Part shown: one piece after another, positions 25,325 to 39,726 of the stretch | Numbering within the stretch: position 1 is the stretch's first letter | Layout of the letters: each line of letters opens with the position of its first letter | Assembly: GCA_951406725.2 (NCBI GenBank) | Contig: OX597820.1 | Span: 31,000,001 to 31,064,000 of the forward strand | DNA: 64,000 nt | Reading direction: 5' to 3' | DNA from: Octopus vulgaris | Lineage: Eukaryota | The notes under the pieces: generated by a model | What the model was told of the DNA's origin: nothing | The model's input: the letters and a program-made list of their open reading frames with translations, nothing else | The model's database searches: none | Program-made: the position numbers and the translations under genes

Positions 25325-25730
25325 TTGACTACATCCTCTGCATAGTATCAACAACTATATATGCTATAAAATACCAACAACCATCCATGGTTCAAAGAAC
25401 CAAGTGCATTCTCTGCAAGTATATCAATAACTACAAGCTACAAAGTACCAAAAACCATACTATCTCACTCGGCAAAGTACCATCAACAACACACTCTACA
25501 AAATATCAAGAACTACACTCTACAAAGTACCAACAGCTACACTCCCCACAAAGTACCAGCAACTATACTTCCTACAAACTACCAAAAGTCACACAACATA
25601 TTACCAACAACTACACTCTCATCAAAGTACCATCAACTAAAATCTCTCCTCACTATGAACTATACTAAACACAATTTTCTCTACAAATGTACACTCTATA
25701 AGAACTGCAACACTCTACTCCTTACAATTA
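25325..25730. repeat. Degenerate minisatellite of about 24-26 bp (ctacaaagtaccaacaactacact)
   Basis: More than ten recognisable units. It explains the HSTKYQ repeats in ORF 25387-25668. Confidence 0.8.
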
Positions 25731-27766
25731 ATAAATTCATATATTTGATGATATGATTTAGTTCTACTGTTAAGTTGCCATGTGAGCAGAGGTTTGATTC
25801 ATAATTATGACGATGATCATCGTCATCATCGTTGTCAACATGAGTAGTGAATAAATGAATGCTGACGACCATGAAACACTAAAACACCTCAATGTTGTAA
25901 AAGCCATGTAATTGCTAAAGAGACAATAAATTCAAGTCCCATATCTACTGTCACGATTAACAATCTTATCACCAACATGACTGACAAGCTGAACAAAAGA
26001 GCCCCTCTATGTGGTCAATCTACCTGTGAAGAAATAGAGAAAACGCAGTTAAATGTCTCCAAATTATTTTTGGCAGGATCTGAACTCATAACATGAAGAG
26101 AGCTGGAGCAAATATTGCAAGGTATTTTGTCTGATGCTTAAATGATTCTGTCAATCCCAAACCAATAATACAGTACAATTGGCAATTATAAGAACAAATG
26201 GATGAGCTCAACATCATCGTCATTTAAAGTCCATGTTCCATGGTGGGTGACAGAATACAATGGGTATAAGGATTACATTGTGCTCTGGTGTATGGCAGGA
26301 TTTCTACTGCTTGATGCCCCTCTAAATGCCAACCAGTCCAATCATGAAAAGTAAAAGATTCTTCAAGTAATATATTAAGTAACTTAAGCTTGAAAAGTTT
26401 TTTCTTTTTTCTCTATCATCAAAAGCATTCAACTAATTAACTTCTTACAGTTGGTCAACAAGACATCATTCAGAGTTGCTATCAACATATGTGGCAATCA
26501 GTGTTGGTATCCAACAAGGTTATCATCCGGGAACCAAATCAAAACCCAAGAGAAGATGAACTATGAGTGGGATGTCTCTTGCCAAACCATGGTGAATACC
26601 CTGAGGGAGAGGAGTGTGTCTTAATTGTTGGTTTGTTTTCAGAGAACCACAATCTTAAAAAGACTGAGAACTGCTGTTATGTCACATTATGAAGGAACAT
26701 GGAACATTGGTGTAGTTCAAAAGGGATGGAAAAACACTACCAAATAACAACTGAGATCATTAACAATATTGTTTCTGAGTTGGACAAATGAAATATCAGT
26801 GTTGTAGTTATATTTCCAGAAAAAAAAAAGAAAGAAAAAAGTCGGGAAAATGGTACTAATTCTTTATCACTTTTTCTTTTGATTTAACTTAATTGTATGG
26901 CTAAAGTTAGTAGGACATGGAGTCAAAAAAGAAAAGATCATAAGACCCAGTAAACTACATAATTCAGGATGAGTCCAATGCAGCTCAACACTGACAACAA
27001 CACCTTAAGGTTGGTGTTGTAGAGAGAGAGTAGGTAAATGCAAAAATTTTCCATCGCAAAATGTATAGTGATGCACTTGCCTACACCCTGCTTGAGTTAC
27101 CAGTTGGCAATCCACTGAGCATTGTGAACGGGTCACACACACACACAAATGAGCAGTATCACTATTTTATATAAAAAATTTATCCCTTCCATATTTGATA
27201 AATGGGTATGGGTTAATGACAAGAAAGATACCTGGCTGCAAAACAATATCTAAATAATAGGTACTCATCTGACACATGCTAGCATGGAAAAACAGACGCC
27301 AAATACACACGCTCACACACAACTTTTTAGTAGTGTAAAACACAGTCATAGGGCAACATTTCATACAATTCCAATTGAACATGACACCTGCACCTCCCTA
27401 ACCTATTTCATTCTTTGTTTTAACCCTAACCGCTAAAGCCATGTTGCAACATCCAATCCACATTATAGCACTTTATAGCAAAATTAAATGTCATTCCACA
27501 ATATTGTTTGGCTCAGATCTCAATTCACAAAATTATTTTGTTGTTCTGTCTAAGAGCTAGCAGCAAAATGGGTTTTCTTAAATGATATATCACGAAAAGT
27601 GCTACAAGCTACACATATGTTGTCAGTGATTTGAAACATAACAAATATGTTGTATTTCAAAAGTCTGTTTACACTTCAGGAATGTGAATTCACTTTTAAA
27701 ATATGAAATAAAAGTAGAGAAATTGGTAATGCTGTAGGTTGTACAGAAACCTGTTTACTGTAAACA

Positions 27767-27768
<2 letters not shown>

Positions 27769-27806
<38 letters not shown>

Positions 27807-27875
27807 ATATATATATATATATGTATGTGTATATATATATATATATATGTATGTGTATATATATATATATATATA

Positions 27876-27914
<39 letters not shown>

Positions 27915-28300
27915 ATATATATATATATATATGTATGTGTATATATATATATATGTATGTGTATATATATATATATATATGTATGTGTATATATATATAT
28001 ATATGTGTATATATATATATATATATGTATGGGTATATATATATGTATGTATATATATATGTATGTATGTGTATATATATATGTATGTGTGTGTATATAT
28101 ATATGTATATATATATATATATATATATGTGTATATATATATGTATGTATATATATATGTATGTATATATATATGTATGTATATATATATATATATGTGT
28201 ATATATATATGTATGTATATATATATATATATGTGTATATATATATGTATGTATATATATATATATGTATGTATGTATGTATGTATATATATACATACTG
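27769..28300. repeat. Compound (TA)n/(TATG)/(TG) microsatellite, about 530 bp
   Basis: Directly visible. Source of five spurious Y/I/M/V ORFs. Confidence 0.97.
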
Positions 28301-29040
28301 TATGTGTGTATGTAGGTGGGGAGTGACCTTTTAACAGAATGATATTGGAGTGAAAACTAACTTCAAACAGATCAATTTGATTACTTGTGTGTGTGAGAGA
28401 AAGAGAATTTTCTTTATGTAGTTTGAACATTTATATTAGCTGAAATCCATTTCAGATGAAAGCTTTTCTGTAAAACAAAATAAAATGATGATTCTGTAAA
28501 TCGTCCCCGTTTTTTTTTTGTCCATTTTTTTTCTTCTTTCATTCCTTCTTTTCCATGCTGGAATGAATAGGATGGATGTCTCATATCTCATCACATGTCA
28601 TGGTCCACTTTATTTAAACGTATGTACACACACACACAGAATAACAGAAAAGAAAAAGAGGAAAGCAATTGATTGAAGTTAGCAAACTTGTAGCCATCAT
28701 CCACCATCAGAGCCACTGAAGGCATGTGATCCCCGAACATGTTATTAGAACTTGTCCATGGTTCTGCCTCAGTCCTCAGAAGAGAAGTAGTGACTCAGTG
28801 ATACTTTCACAGGGTGTCTCATCCATTCATTCCATATATTACATAACATTACATACATTTGGACAGGCTTGTGTAGCATGGTGGGTACTGTTGAAAACAT
28901 GAAACTGACAGTAGCTCAAATCTTAGATCCTGTCTAATAAATGATAGTTATCTCTCACTGGATGGAATACTTTTTTTTTGTTGATCCCACAAGTAACAGA
29001 AGAGTACACAAAACAAAAAAAGTATATATATATATATATA

Positions 29041-29256
29041 TTTCTTTACTGCCCACAAGGGGCTAAACATAGAGAGGACAAACAAGGACAGACAAAGGGA
29101 TTAAGTCGATTACATCGACCCCAGTGCGAAACTGGTACTTTATTTATCGACCCTGAAAGGATGAAAGGCAAAGTCGACCCTGGCGGAATTTGAACTCAGA
29201 ACGTAATGACAGACGAAATACGGCTATGCATTTCGCCTGGCGTGCTAACGTTTCTG
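29041..29256 (-). mobile_element. tRNA-derived SINE family A, subfamily with alternative 3' tail
   Basis: B-box gagttcaaattcc on the minus strand and central gcctttcatcctttc.gggtcgataaa. Near-identical to 62869-63102. Confidence 0.85.
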
Positions 29257-29744
29257 AAAAATATATGTATATATATATAGTTAGATACACACACACACCA
29301 ACAAAAAAAACCAACTGTCTTGAATAGTGAGATTACCTAGAATATTGTTAATACTAGTGCTTAAGAAGGTGAAGATATAATACTACAAAGACAAAATAAT
29401 CTGCTGTTCTTGTCATCTTTACATAATTCTCTGAAAAAAAGAAAAGACCTCAAAAACTGGGGGCTTCTAGGGAATAATGAAAATTTCTTGAAGTTTGCTA
29501 GGATGGAGAGCAAGTTCATTATTAATATTTCGCTTCTTGTAAACAACAAATTTCATTTTGACAACAGTGATGTATTTAAGCATTACCAACATTGAAATAG
29601 ATGAAATAACAACGATAGACAATAAATATAATAACAAAAACATAGTAGTAATAATAATGCTAATTCAAATTGACAATAATTACATTAATTTTGTAGATAA
29701 TAATAAAGATAATTAATACTGAAAATATAACAATAATAGTAATA

Positions 29745-31980
29745 ATGTTTCTGATTTAAGCACAAGGCCAGCAATTTTGTTGGGGACAGGGTTAGTTGAT
29801 ACAATTAACCCAGTATTTAATTGGCACTTTATTTTATTGATCTTGGAGTGATGAAAGGTCAAGTTGACCTAGGTGGAATTTGAAGCCAGAGCGTAAAGAG
29901 CCAGAAGAAATAATGAAGAGCATTGTTTTCCTGATGCTTTAACGATTCTGCCAACCCATTGTCCTTAACAATAACAGATTTATTGATATGAGTTTATATA
30001 AAAAGACTGCATCATAAAACATAGGATATCGAATGGAAAACATGAAAGTGTGAAGTTGTTTTGACATTATAATAACGATAACAACAGTTACTGAGTTTTG
30101 GGAGGCTGGTCAGTGTGAAGTGGTACTGGAAAGTTAGTAATGATAACAACAACAACATCAGTGCAGTTGCAGAAGAGAGATGCCTGGTTCCTATGTAGTT
30201 TTATACATGCTATTGAAGGGTTGTGATTACTGGTTTGAAAGAAACATCAATAACAGAAAGAATGTTGGACTTAGGAGCAGAGTGGAGGTAAGTCCAGTGT
30301 GGGCAGAGAACAATATTGATGGACAGATGATCAGATGGACGGATGTTTGGACATATTGAAGCACAAGATAGTTGTCCGATTGTTTTTTTTTTTATTTAGG
30401 AAGAGGGTTTCACACTTGTCATTGCAAGCAAATTTTGATAAGGAGAAAGAAAAAAATAAACCCAAGAAAGGTAAAAAAAATATTTTTATAAAGAAAAATG
30501 GTGATAGGTATGACATTGATCATAATTTCAGCTTGACCATATTAGATGTTTAAAATGTTTAAGCGAATTTTAAAAAGAAGGCACAAGAAAAGAAGGTGAA
30601 AAAGAATGAGAAAACATGGGAAAGAGAAGAAGAGGAGGAAGACAAAGAAGAGGAGGAAGGCAAAGAAGAGGAGAAGGCAAAGAAGAGCAAAAAATACTTA
30701 TCGTTTCTAACCTTACTTAGAAGTCCAGCTACAATTTTTGTGGGGTAAGAGTGCAAAAGGGGTGTTGTGGAGGATAGAGTGAGGAAAAGGGTGTCGATGG
30801 TGGGGATGGAAATGTAATTCATTAAATCAACTCCAGCATCTGAGTGGCCCTGGATTTATTGATCACCAGAAGACTGGAAAGAAATGCAAAAGTGGATTTA
30901 GGCAAGATTTGAACTTGAAACCTAAGAGGAAGGAACATAACAAAACACAGTGAGGTATTTTGTCTGATACACTATTGTTTCTCAGTCCACCACCCTTCAG
31001 AAAATAATAGCAATTCTTTCTAAATTTGGCACATTGCCAGCAATTTTGAAGGGAGGAGGCAAGTTGTCCAGGGATACAGGCATCAAGCAACAGGACCTCC
31101 GTAATGCCATGATGGACCGTGAAGTCTGGCGTGGCATGGTAAATTCCATTGTCTCGACCACGGTCGAACAATGATGATGATGATTATATTGACTCCAGTA
31201 TTTGACTGGTATTATATATTGAGATCAAAAGGATCCAAGGCAAAGTTGACCTCAGTGGAATTTCAGCTCATAATGTAACGATTCAGGAGGAATGCTGCCA
31301 ACCATTTTGTCCAATGTGATTCTGATTCTGCTTGATAACTATAAAAATAATTGTTTCAAATTCTGGCACATGGCCAGAAATTTTAAGGGAGGGGCAAGTT
31401 GGTTACATCACCCTCAAAAGGATGACAGGCAAAGCTGACCTCAGTGGGATTTGAGCTCAGAATGTAAAGAGTCAGAAAAAGTACTAGTAAGCATTTTGTC
31501 TGGTGCAGTAACAATTCAGCCAGCTCACCAACATAATAGTAATTTCTAACGTAGGTTATAGGGCCAGAAATTTTGATGGGGATAGAGCAGTTAATCAAAT
31601 CAACCCTAGTTATTCAATTAAGTACTTAATATTATCAACCCTGGAAGGATGAAAGGCAAGTTGACATTGGTAAAATCCGAAGTCAGAATACAGAGAGCTG
31701 TAACAAAATACATCTACAAATTTTGGCACAAGGCCAGCAATTTTGACCCCCCTCCCCGTATTCAACTGGTACTTATTTTATCAACCCTGATTTTGACAAT
31801 CCACCACCTCTTCATTATTTCTTACAGAGGCACGAAGTCAGAAACTTTTGAAAGAAGGAACAATTGATTATAAGGATCTCAGATTTTTGACTAACATATT
31901 CTAATCTCCCTGTGTAAAATTAAACACCAAATTCAACCTTGGCAGGATTTGAATTCAGAATGTAGAGGACTGTAACACTG
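29745..31980 (-). mobile_element. Cluster of about 7 diverged SINE family A copies
   Basis: Repeated gcacaaggccagcaatttt...ggatgaaaggcaaagttgacct...ggaatttgaactcagaa, all in one orientation. Unrelated sequence lies at about 29970-30810. Confidence 0.75.
31067..31184 (+). mobile_element. RTE-clade LINE 3' end inserted into a SINE
   Basis: Encodes SRDTGIKQQDLRNAMMDREVWRGMVNSIVSTTVEQ* ('A.DR..WR' RTE terminus) followed by an (ATG)n tail. It splits the host sequence aagttg|attatattgac. Confidence 0.7.
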
Positions 31981-32037
31981 CAAATCTACTGTCCTTAATT
32001 CATAAATAAACAATACTAATTCAATACTAATACTATA

Positions 32038-32407
32038 GGTGCTGGAGTGGCTGTGTGGTAAGTAGCTTGCTTACCAACCACATGGTTCTGGGTTCAGTCC
32101 CTCTGCATGGCACCTTGGGCAAATGTCTTCTACTATAGCCTTGGGCCGACCAAAGCCTTGTGAGTGGATTTGATAGACGGAAACTGAAAGAAGCCCATTG
32201 TATATATGTGTGTGTGTGTTTGTGTGTGTCCAACATCACTTGACAACCGATGCTGGTGTGTTTACGTCCCCGTAACTTAGCGGTTCGGCAAAACAGATTG
32301 ATAGAATAAGCACTAGGCTTACAAAGAATAAGTCCTGGGGTCGATTTGCTCGACTAAAGGCGGTTCTCCAGTCAAATGACTGGAACAAGTAAAAGAGTAA
32401 AGAGTAT
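32038..32407 (+). mobile_element. Full-length SINE family B
   Basis: tRNA-like head, CORE-like accttgggcaa, internal (TG)n and an (AAAGAGT)n tail. Reverse-complement copy at about 62157-62511. Confidence 0.85.
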
Positions 32408-33239
32408 ACTGAACCCCTTGAAATCTTAGTGGAAGAGGAAGGAATGCCAGAAATTTATAGGGGATATGTACAGTTGAGTGAATTAAACCTACTTTTTCTT
32501 TTTTTTTTTTTATCATCAATTCTGACAAGATATGAAATTAGAAATACAAATAAATTTACATACTTTATGCTATCTCATTTGGTATTCCACCTGTTCTGCC
32601 AGTCTCTAAACCATTTAATTAACCACTTTTATTTAAGATCTTTATTTTTATTTAAATAAGTGCAGGCATGGCTGGGTGGTTAAGAAGTTCTTCCTCAATT
32701 TCATGGTCTCAAACTCTGTCTCACTGTGTGACATCTTGGGTAACTGTCTTCTGCATAGCTCCAGGTCCACCAATACCTTGTTGGTAGATTTGGTAGATGG
32801 GAACTGTAGAATTCCATGGTATGTATGTGTGTGTGTATACACACACACACACACACACACACATACTCACTCAAATCGATTTCAGTTGAAATTTCTCCAG
32901 GAGTCATTGGATCAACTAAACAACCAGGCTCACTGAATTAGAGTGTAGGTGGCTGCTGAGTAATCCACAGACCCAAGCATCCTTAATTATCCTGAATGTA
33001 ATTTTCAGTGTGATGTAGTGTGACAAAGTTGGACCTATGCATTACATGTACAATTGAGAGGATTCTACATAGTTTCTATCTCTTGTTTCACTTGCAAAGT
33101 GTGGACTGACCTGAGACTATAGAAAATGTCATGTGCCAAAGGTGCATGCTGCAGAATCAAGAGTGAGACCTCATTATTTCGAAGGGAACTTCATCAACAT
33201 TCAGCCATACATATGAACCTACATATACACACATACTAG

Positions 33240-33293
<54 letters not shown>

Positions 33294-34111
33294 GCACACA
33301 CAAATTTGAAGTCAGTCTGATAAGTACCTTGCATAAAACTCTTGGTCATTGAGTCACTTTGTAATTTTTTAAAATTAAAAATAGAAAATATATATACTCA
33401 TATTTTGAGTGCTATTTATCCTGTTCGTACTTCTAAATCTATCAATACACACACACATGTACACCAATCATATACACATACATGCACACACTACCAGTAA
33501 ATATCTTAATACATACGTCATACTCAATTATAACAACTAAATTTATACAAATTATTTATATTGATTATAAATTAAAATTTGGAAGAAGAGAATGGTGAAA
33601 TTAGCTTTTGCTGAATTCCCTCCGTTGCAAGCAGTGAAAATTCTGATCAGAATGCTTGCAATGAAGTTAATTCACTGAAAAAACACCAAGGGACAACTGG
33701 TAGTTGTAATGACTACAAATTTTACCCTATTTTTATTCAGATCTCTACTTCTACCATCCTTCAAAAGAAGCTTCCAAATAATAGATATAACTGTTCCTAA
33801 TTTAGGCACAAGGCTAGCAATTTCAAGGGCTGGGTTTGGTCAATCAAATAATAAAAATGATAGTAACTATTGGGATTACTAAATTGTTAGTAAAACTTAT
33901 TTTATCAAGCTCTAAGGGGATGAAAGGAAGAGTTATAAGAAAGGAGAAAAAATACATTCTGCCATCTTGTTTGTCTTTCTACATGACATCTACCTTCGAA
34001 TTACCAAACTTGGCAAGATTATGGCAGATGCAAAAAGGAGACATTTCAAATACAATCACTGCCCAACGCCAGTTATTATATACTGGTATTTATAGAACAA
34101 TCTGGAATCAC

Positions 34112-34298
<187 letters not shown>

Positions 34299-35595
34299 AA
34301 GGGTGGTTGTGTAGGGAAGAAATGCCTATGTGTGTATGTAACAGTTCTTAAGAATAACAACAGCAACAACATAAGCAGCAAATATTTCAGAAGTTCTAAA
34401 GAGACACTCAAAAATACTCCATTTCACATTGCCAACAACAAAAACGACAGCAATAACAACAAGTATTTAACAGCGGCAAACAAATAGCAAGCACAATGAC
34501 AAGAAGTTAGATGTAACAAATGTGATGTACTGCGTAAAGAAATCACAGCCAGAACTTCACAACACAAACTAGACTGATGACATAGATTACACCATAAGCC
34601 CCCCAACAACGATAACAATCTTAAACAACATTATTACAAATTACAACACTATTATTGACAATAACAGAAACAATAATAATGACAATAATGACAACCAAAG
34701 AAACATTGAACAAAACCACATTTTGTACTCAATAAGCATACCAAACAGACAGAGCATTGAATACAACCAAGTTTATCTTGCTACTATCAAAATCTGTGGG
34801 TACAGAGAAATAGCATGGAGAGTGAAGAGAATGTAACATAGTTAGACTTATCATTCATCATTGAATGTTAATGTGCAGAATGGTGATTGGATAGAGACAG
34901 GTATGATATAACTGTAGGTTGTAAATAGTTGTTCTATGGATTATCCACCTTGTCTGGTTTTTACAAGAAACAACAACAAGAAACAACAGCAACAAAAGCA
35001 ACAACAACTACAGAAAAAAAAACAACAAAAAACAAAACAAGCAACAACAATGATGACAAGATCGTCAGCAAGAGAAAGCTCCCTCCACCCATCATTTTAA
35101 AAGCCAATAAAAGGTGGGGGTGTTACCGGTTGTGGAGGTTTGTTTTGTTGTTTTTCGTGGACTGCTGTAGTATATTTAGTTCAGCTGAGGATGATGGTCA
35201 AGACGATGAGATTGAAGATGATGATGATGATGATGATGGATATTTTCGTACACAGGCACCACACACACAACCTCATACACATAGAAGAACCAGAGGAAGA
35301 TGAAGGAAATGAAATGAGATGTCCATGTCTTTCCCGAAACTGAAGTGAAATGACACAAATTATATAGGAAACTAGCGGGGACTTAACTTGGGTCATTGAT
35401 TCTGACTTCTATCTACAATGTTCACCAGTGAAATGCATCTTTACATAAGCACAAGACTACAACAGTTTGAGGGAAGAGGTCAGGGGTCATGTGGCAATGA
35501 GGCTGTGTGAGGGTTCATCAGGTTCTTTCTGCAACAGCTTTAGAGACATAAAATGAAGCAAACTGGCTATAACTGGGATACAAAACCAGTCATTT

Positions 35596-35626
<31 letters not shown>

Positions 35627-36310
35627 ATACATACATATGCACGCACACATTTTTAAATGTGTGTATCACACACGCACACACACAGGGATAACAACATCAA
35701 AAGGATAAAAGAAATACGGAGAATTTGTTTGTTGAAATGTAATAAAAGATTTTTCTTTATTTTTCAGAGAAAAAAAATTATAATAATAATGATGATAATT
35801 ATAATAATAATGATTATAATCAATGATTTCATTTCAGAAATTAAAAAAAAAACATCAAAATTTACGATGATGATTTTGATGATGATGATGATGATGATAG
35901 CAATGATTTCATAATTAGGCATGAAGCATTGGGTAAGGAGATTAAAATGTCTTGCCCTTGGACGCCACACAATTCCTGTAGCAGGATTTGAACTATAAAA
36001 CTTGGCAGACAAAAAAAAAAAATGGATGAGTATAACAACAATGGTGATAACAATCATTTCTTTGGTCGAGGCACAAGGGAGAAATATAGGCAGCGGTGTA
36101 GGGTGTATAGTGGGTTGAATAAAAATTCCCCACATATATTAAAAGTATTTCAGTTTGGCAATGCTACCAGCCGATATCAAAGGCAAAGATGACTCCTTTT
36201 GATAAGATCTGAACACAATAAATATTTATATATATATTGTATATTTATATTGTGAAATTTGATTTAATACTAAATTGAATTTTTCCCTGTAATATTATTA
36301 TTATTATTAT

Positions 36311-36354
<44 letters not shown>

Positions 36355-36487
36355 CTGGGTAATAACCTCATGATGTGCATTTAAAAGATCTGATACTTGC
36401 TATTGGCCACCATATGCCATCATACAGCAAGTGTATTTCCTGAGCTGGATAAAAATGTGGAACTATTTGTGTATACAATTTATATAA

Positions 36488-36588
36488 AAATTTATACGAG
36501 ACAGAAAAACAGGCTTTAATTATAAATTATACAGAAACAAATGTAATTTCTAATTAAAGCCAGTTTTTTGATCTTCTTGCATAAATTT
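36488..36588. repeat. Imperfect inverted repeat, about 100 nt
   Basis: aaatttatacgaga..cagaaaaacaggctttaattataaattata / tgtaatttctaattaaagccagttttttga..tgcataaattt. Confidence 0.7.
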
Positions 36589-36769
36589 ATGTGTGTGAGA
36601 GAGAGAGAAATCAAAGTCTCACTAAATGAAACATTTTGCTATTTTTACCATTATTAGTGTAAGGTAGGACACTCGGGCAGATAGTAGAGGCTGAGAAAAG
36701 GGAGGGAGGGAGAAGGAGAGTGTGACTCATATTTGTCCATGGAGGAGGAGGATGTAATACCGCAATGTG

Positions 36770-37712
36770 ATTTACCAATAATACTGTTTATCATATATTC
36801 TAATCTAGGAACAAGGTCATCCGGAGGGATGAAATGTAAAGTTGATTGTGGCAGATTTGAACACAATATAAGGAGTCAGAAGAAGTACTGCAAAGCAATT
36901 TTTCTCCCACTGATACTCTAAAGGTTCTACCAATCCACAACCATTTCCCATAATAATAATAATAATAATCCTTTCTATTGTAAGCACAAGACCTGAAATT
37001 TTGTGGGAGGTACTGTCAATTACATTGTCCCCAGTGCTAAACTGGTACTTGTTTCATTGATCTGAAAGGATGAAAAATAAAGTTGACCTTGGTGGAATTT
37101 GAACTCAGAATGTAAAGAGCTGGAAAAAATGTTGAGCAGCATTTTTTCTGATGTGCTAACAATTCTGCCAGCTTGTCACCTTAATAATAATAATAATTTT
37201 CATGTAGGTGCTAGGTCAGGAAATTGGAGAAAGGGGTTAGTTGATTGAATCAATTCCTCTATTTGCCTGGTTCTTTTTATGCCCCTATCCATCCCCACTG
37301 GTTTTCTGAAAGGTAATTCCAACTCAAGAGGAAGATAAGATATAATTAGATTTTAAGAGGGAGAATAAAAAAAAAATGTAGTGTTCAAACCTTTCCAAAA
37401 GGGATCAGAGGCACAAGCAATTTTCAACAAAGAATTGAAGCCAATTTATAATGCCTGAATGTCCGCTACAGGTCTTAAAAATAATAATAATGATGAAGAT
37501 GGTTTCAAATTTTGGCACATGGCCAGCAATTTTGGGGGTATGGGTAAGTCAATTACATCAACCCCAGTGTTCAACTGCTACTTATTTTATCAACCCTGAA
37601 AGGATGAAAGGCAAAGTTGAGCTGGGTGATATTTGAACTCAGAACAATGCCAGAAGAAATGCTGCAAAGCATTTTGTCCGACAAGCTAATGATTCCGCTG
37701 GCTCACCACTTA
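36770..37712 (-). mobile_element. Array of about 4 SINE family A copies linked by (AAT)n
   Basis: Same motifs as the other family A copies, arranged head to tail. Confidence 0.8.
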
Positions 37713-38084
37713 ATAATAATAATAATAATAAAAATGATTTAGAACATTTGTACATAGTCGTGAAAAAATAGGCACTAAAATATAAGGGATGGTTTTTACA
37801 ATAATTCAACCATTGTGTAAGGCGAAGTGGAATATAATTTTGGTTCATAGCTGGTTTGTAAAGCTGGTTGTTTTGTTTCTTTTTCACATTTTTTCCTTTT
37901 TTTTAATACAAAATAAATGAATTTTTATATAGTAATTATTGAAGAAGGTTGTAAAAAATAGGGTGTGGTATATGTGAAGTGTGACAGACAGAGGGGCAAG
38001 AGACAAACAAAAGACAAAAAGAAAAACCATGTGAACACACACATGAATATGTGCATGTGTGTGAATGTGTATTTTTGATGGATG

Positions 38085-38118
<34 letters not shown>

Positions 38119-38229
38119 TGTCAGGGTCAGGCAGCTAAACAGAGACTGTGTTGAGATGGCTTGAACATAAATGAAAAAATGCAAATGTATGAAAGTTTGT
38201 ATCTTTATCAGACCTAACATACAGAAAGA

Positions 38230-39200
38230 GATTATTCAGAATATCTATCATCAACATTTATAATTGAATGAATATAGATGCAAAAAATTAAGCAGACCCT
38301 CTTTACCTCATCTTCATTGATGAGTGTGAATTCCTTCATAATAATAGTCATCACTGTAAGCAATATTGCTGTGATATGTTGTCCTCAGTGAAGCTTCACC
38401 TTCTAAATTCACATGGATTTAGACCTGGTGAACTAGAAGACCAAATTTCTCTGTAGACAAACACTGAAAATTAAACCTTCAAAAAAATCCTGCACACACT
38501 TTGAACTGTGTGGAGTTTCAGAATTTTGGATGAATGTTGCCTCATTTGGACCATGATGTATATTGGTAATTCACAGCATCTCAGTTTTGTCAAAGATTTT
38601 ATAATTTTAGCCATGTTGATAATAAGAGCTGATTCCTTGCAATGAGGTGATATCACACATGTCACGGAGGCTGGGTTTCTGCTTTGCATGATAGCACAAA
38701 TTTCAGTAAGTTAGAAAGTAATAACCAGTCCTGCTAATCTAGCAAATGATGACTTGGTCAACTACATAATTTCTTCTCATTTTCTTTGCATGTGCTTCAG
38801 GGAGTTGAGAAGCTCTGGGATTCTCTCAGAGCCTCAGAACAGGCTGTGATGGTGATTCAATACCTCTGAATATTTGATTTCAGATAGAGTTCATTTTAGT
38901 GGTCCTAACTATTGCCTTTCACTAACAACAGAGTTTTTTTTTTGCGAGCTTGATCATACTGGTAGATGGATTTGCTACAGTAGCTCATTATAAATCAATT
39001 AGAGAGGCATGGCTATGCTTGAAATTGTTGAGGGTACCATGAGATGAGTAAAGAACATCTTATACAGCCTTAAGCTTAGTCTGAACATGGTTAAACATTG
39101 TCTTTTGCATATCCTGTATTGGCAATGACGCCACAAAGACTAGGCCAGCAAGCCACAATTTCAACAATAAGATTTTGTTGCAGTGATTCAGTAACTGTAG
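38230..39200 (-). mobile_element. Possible highly decayed LINE reverse-transcriptase fragment
   Basis: Minus-strand SNIAYSDD near 38345-38370 resembles the YADD motif. There is no long ORF. Confidence 0.3.
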
Positions 39201-39684
39201 TACAATCTATTATAATCTTCAAATAAAAGAAAAGAAAAGAATTCTTAAACTTGTTGCATGCAAATTATAAGCTCTCTTTAGTTATTAAGATATATTTAAA
39301 TAATGGTCTCAATTTGGCTGCCTGAACCTGTGTGTTTGTGAGTGTATATACATACATACACACGTGATATACACACACACACACACAAACACACAATCAT
39401 GCGAGAAAGACACTTGTGGCATTATTGGATAAATAAGACAGGATGGAGATTAATAAGAGATAATAATGATAATAATAATAATAGTAGTCTTACATAGTTA
39501 CAGAGGCAAAAATCAGTGTGAATGTAGGGCTCAGACATCTAAATGAACCCCAGTACCTGACTGGTACCTTATTTTACTGACACCCCAGAAGGATGAAAGA
39601 GAAAAAAAGAGAGATATTGGTGGGAGAAATTCAAGGGATTGCAAATGTCTGACAGCAACAACAATAATGGTAAGTAGCAATAGT

Positions 39685-39726
<42 letters not shown>

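Noticed and set aside
25387-25668. ORF with HSTKYQ repeats
   Set aside because: It arises from a 24-bp minisatellite and has no splice or homology support.
27676-28430. Five long ORFs (172-244 aa) of Y/I/H/T/M/V
   Set aside because: They are translations of a compound (TA)n/(TG)n microsatellite and are not genes.
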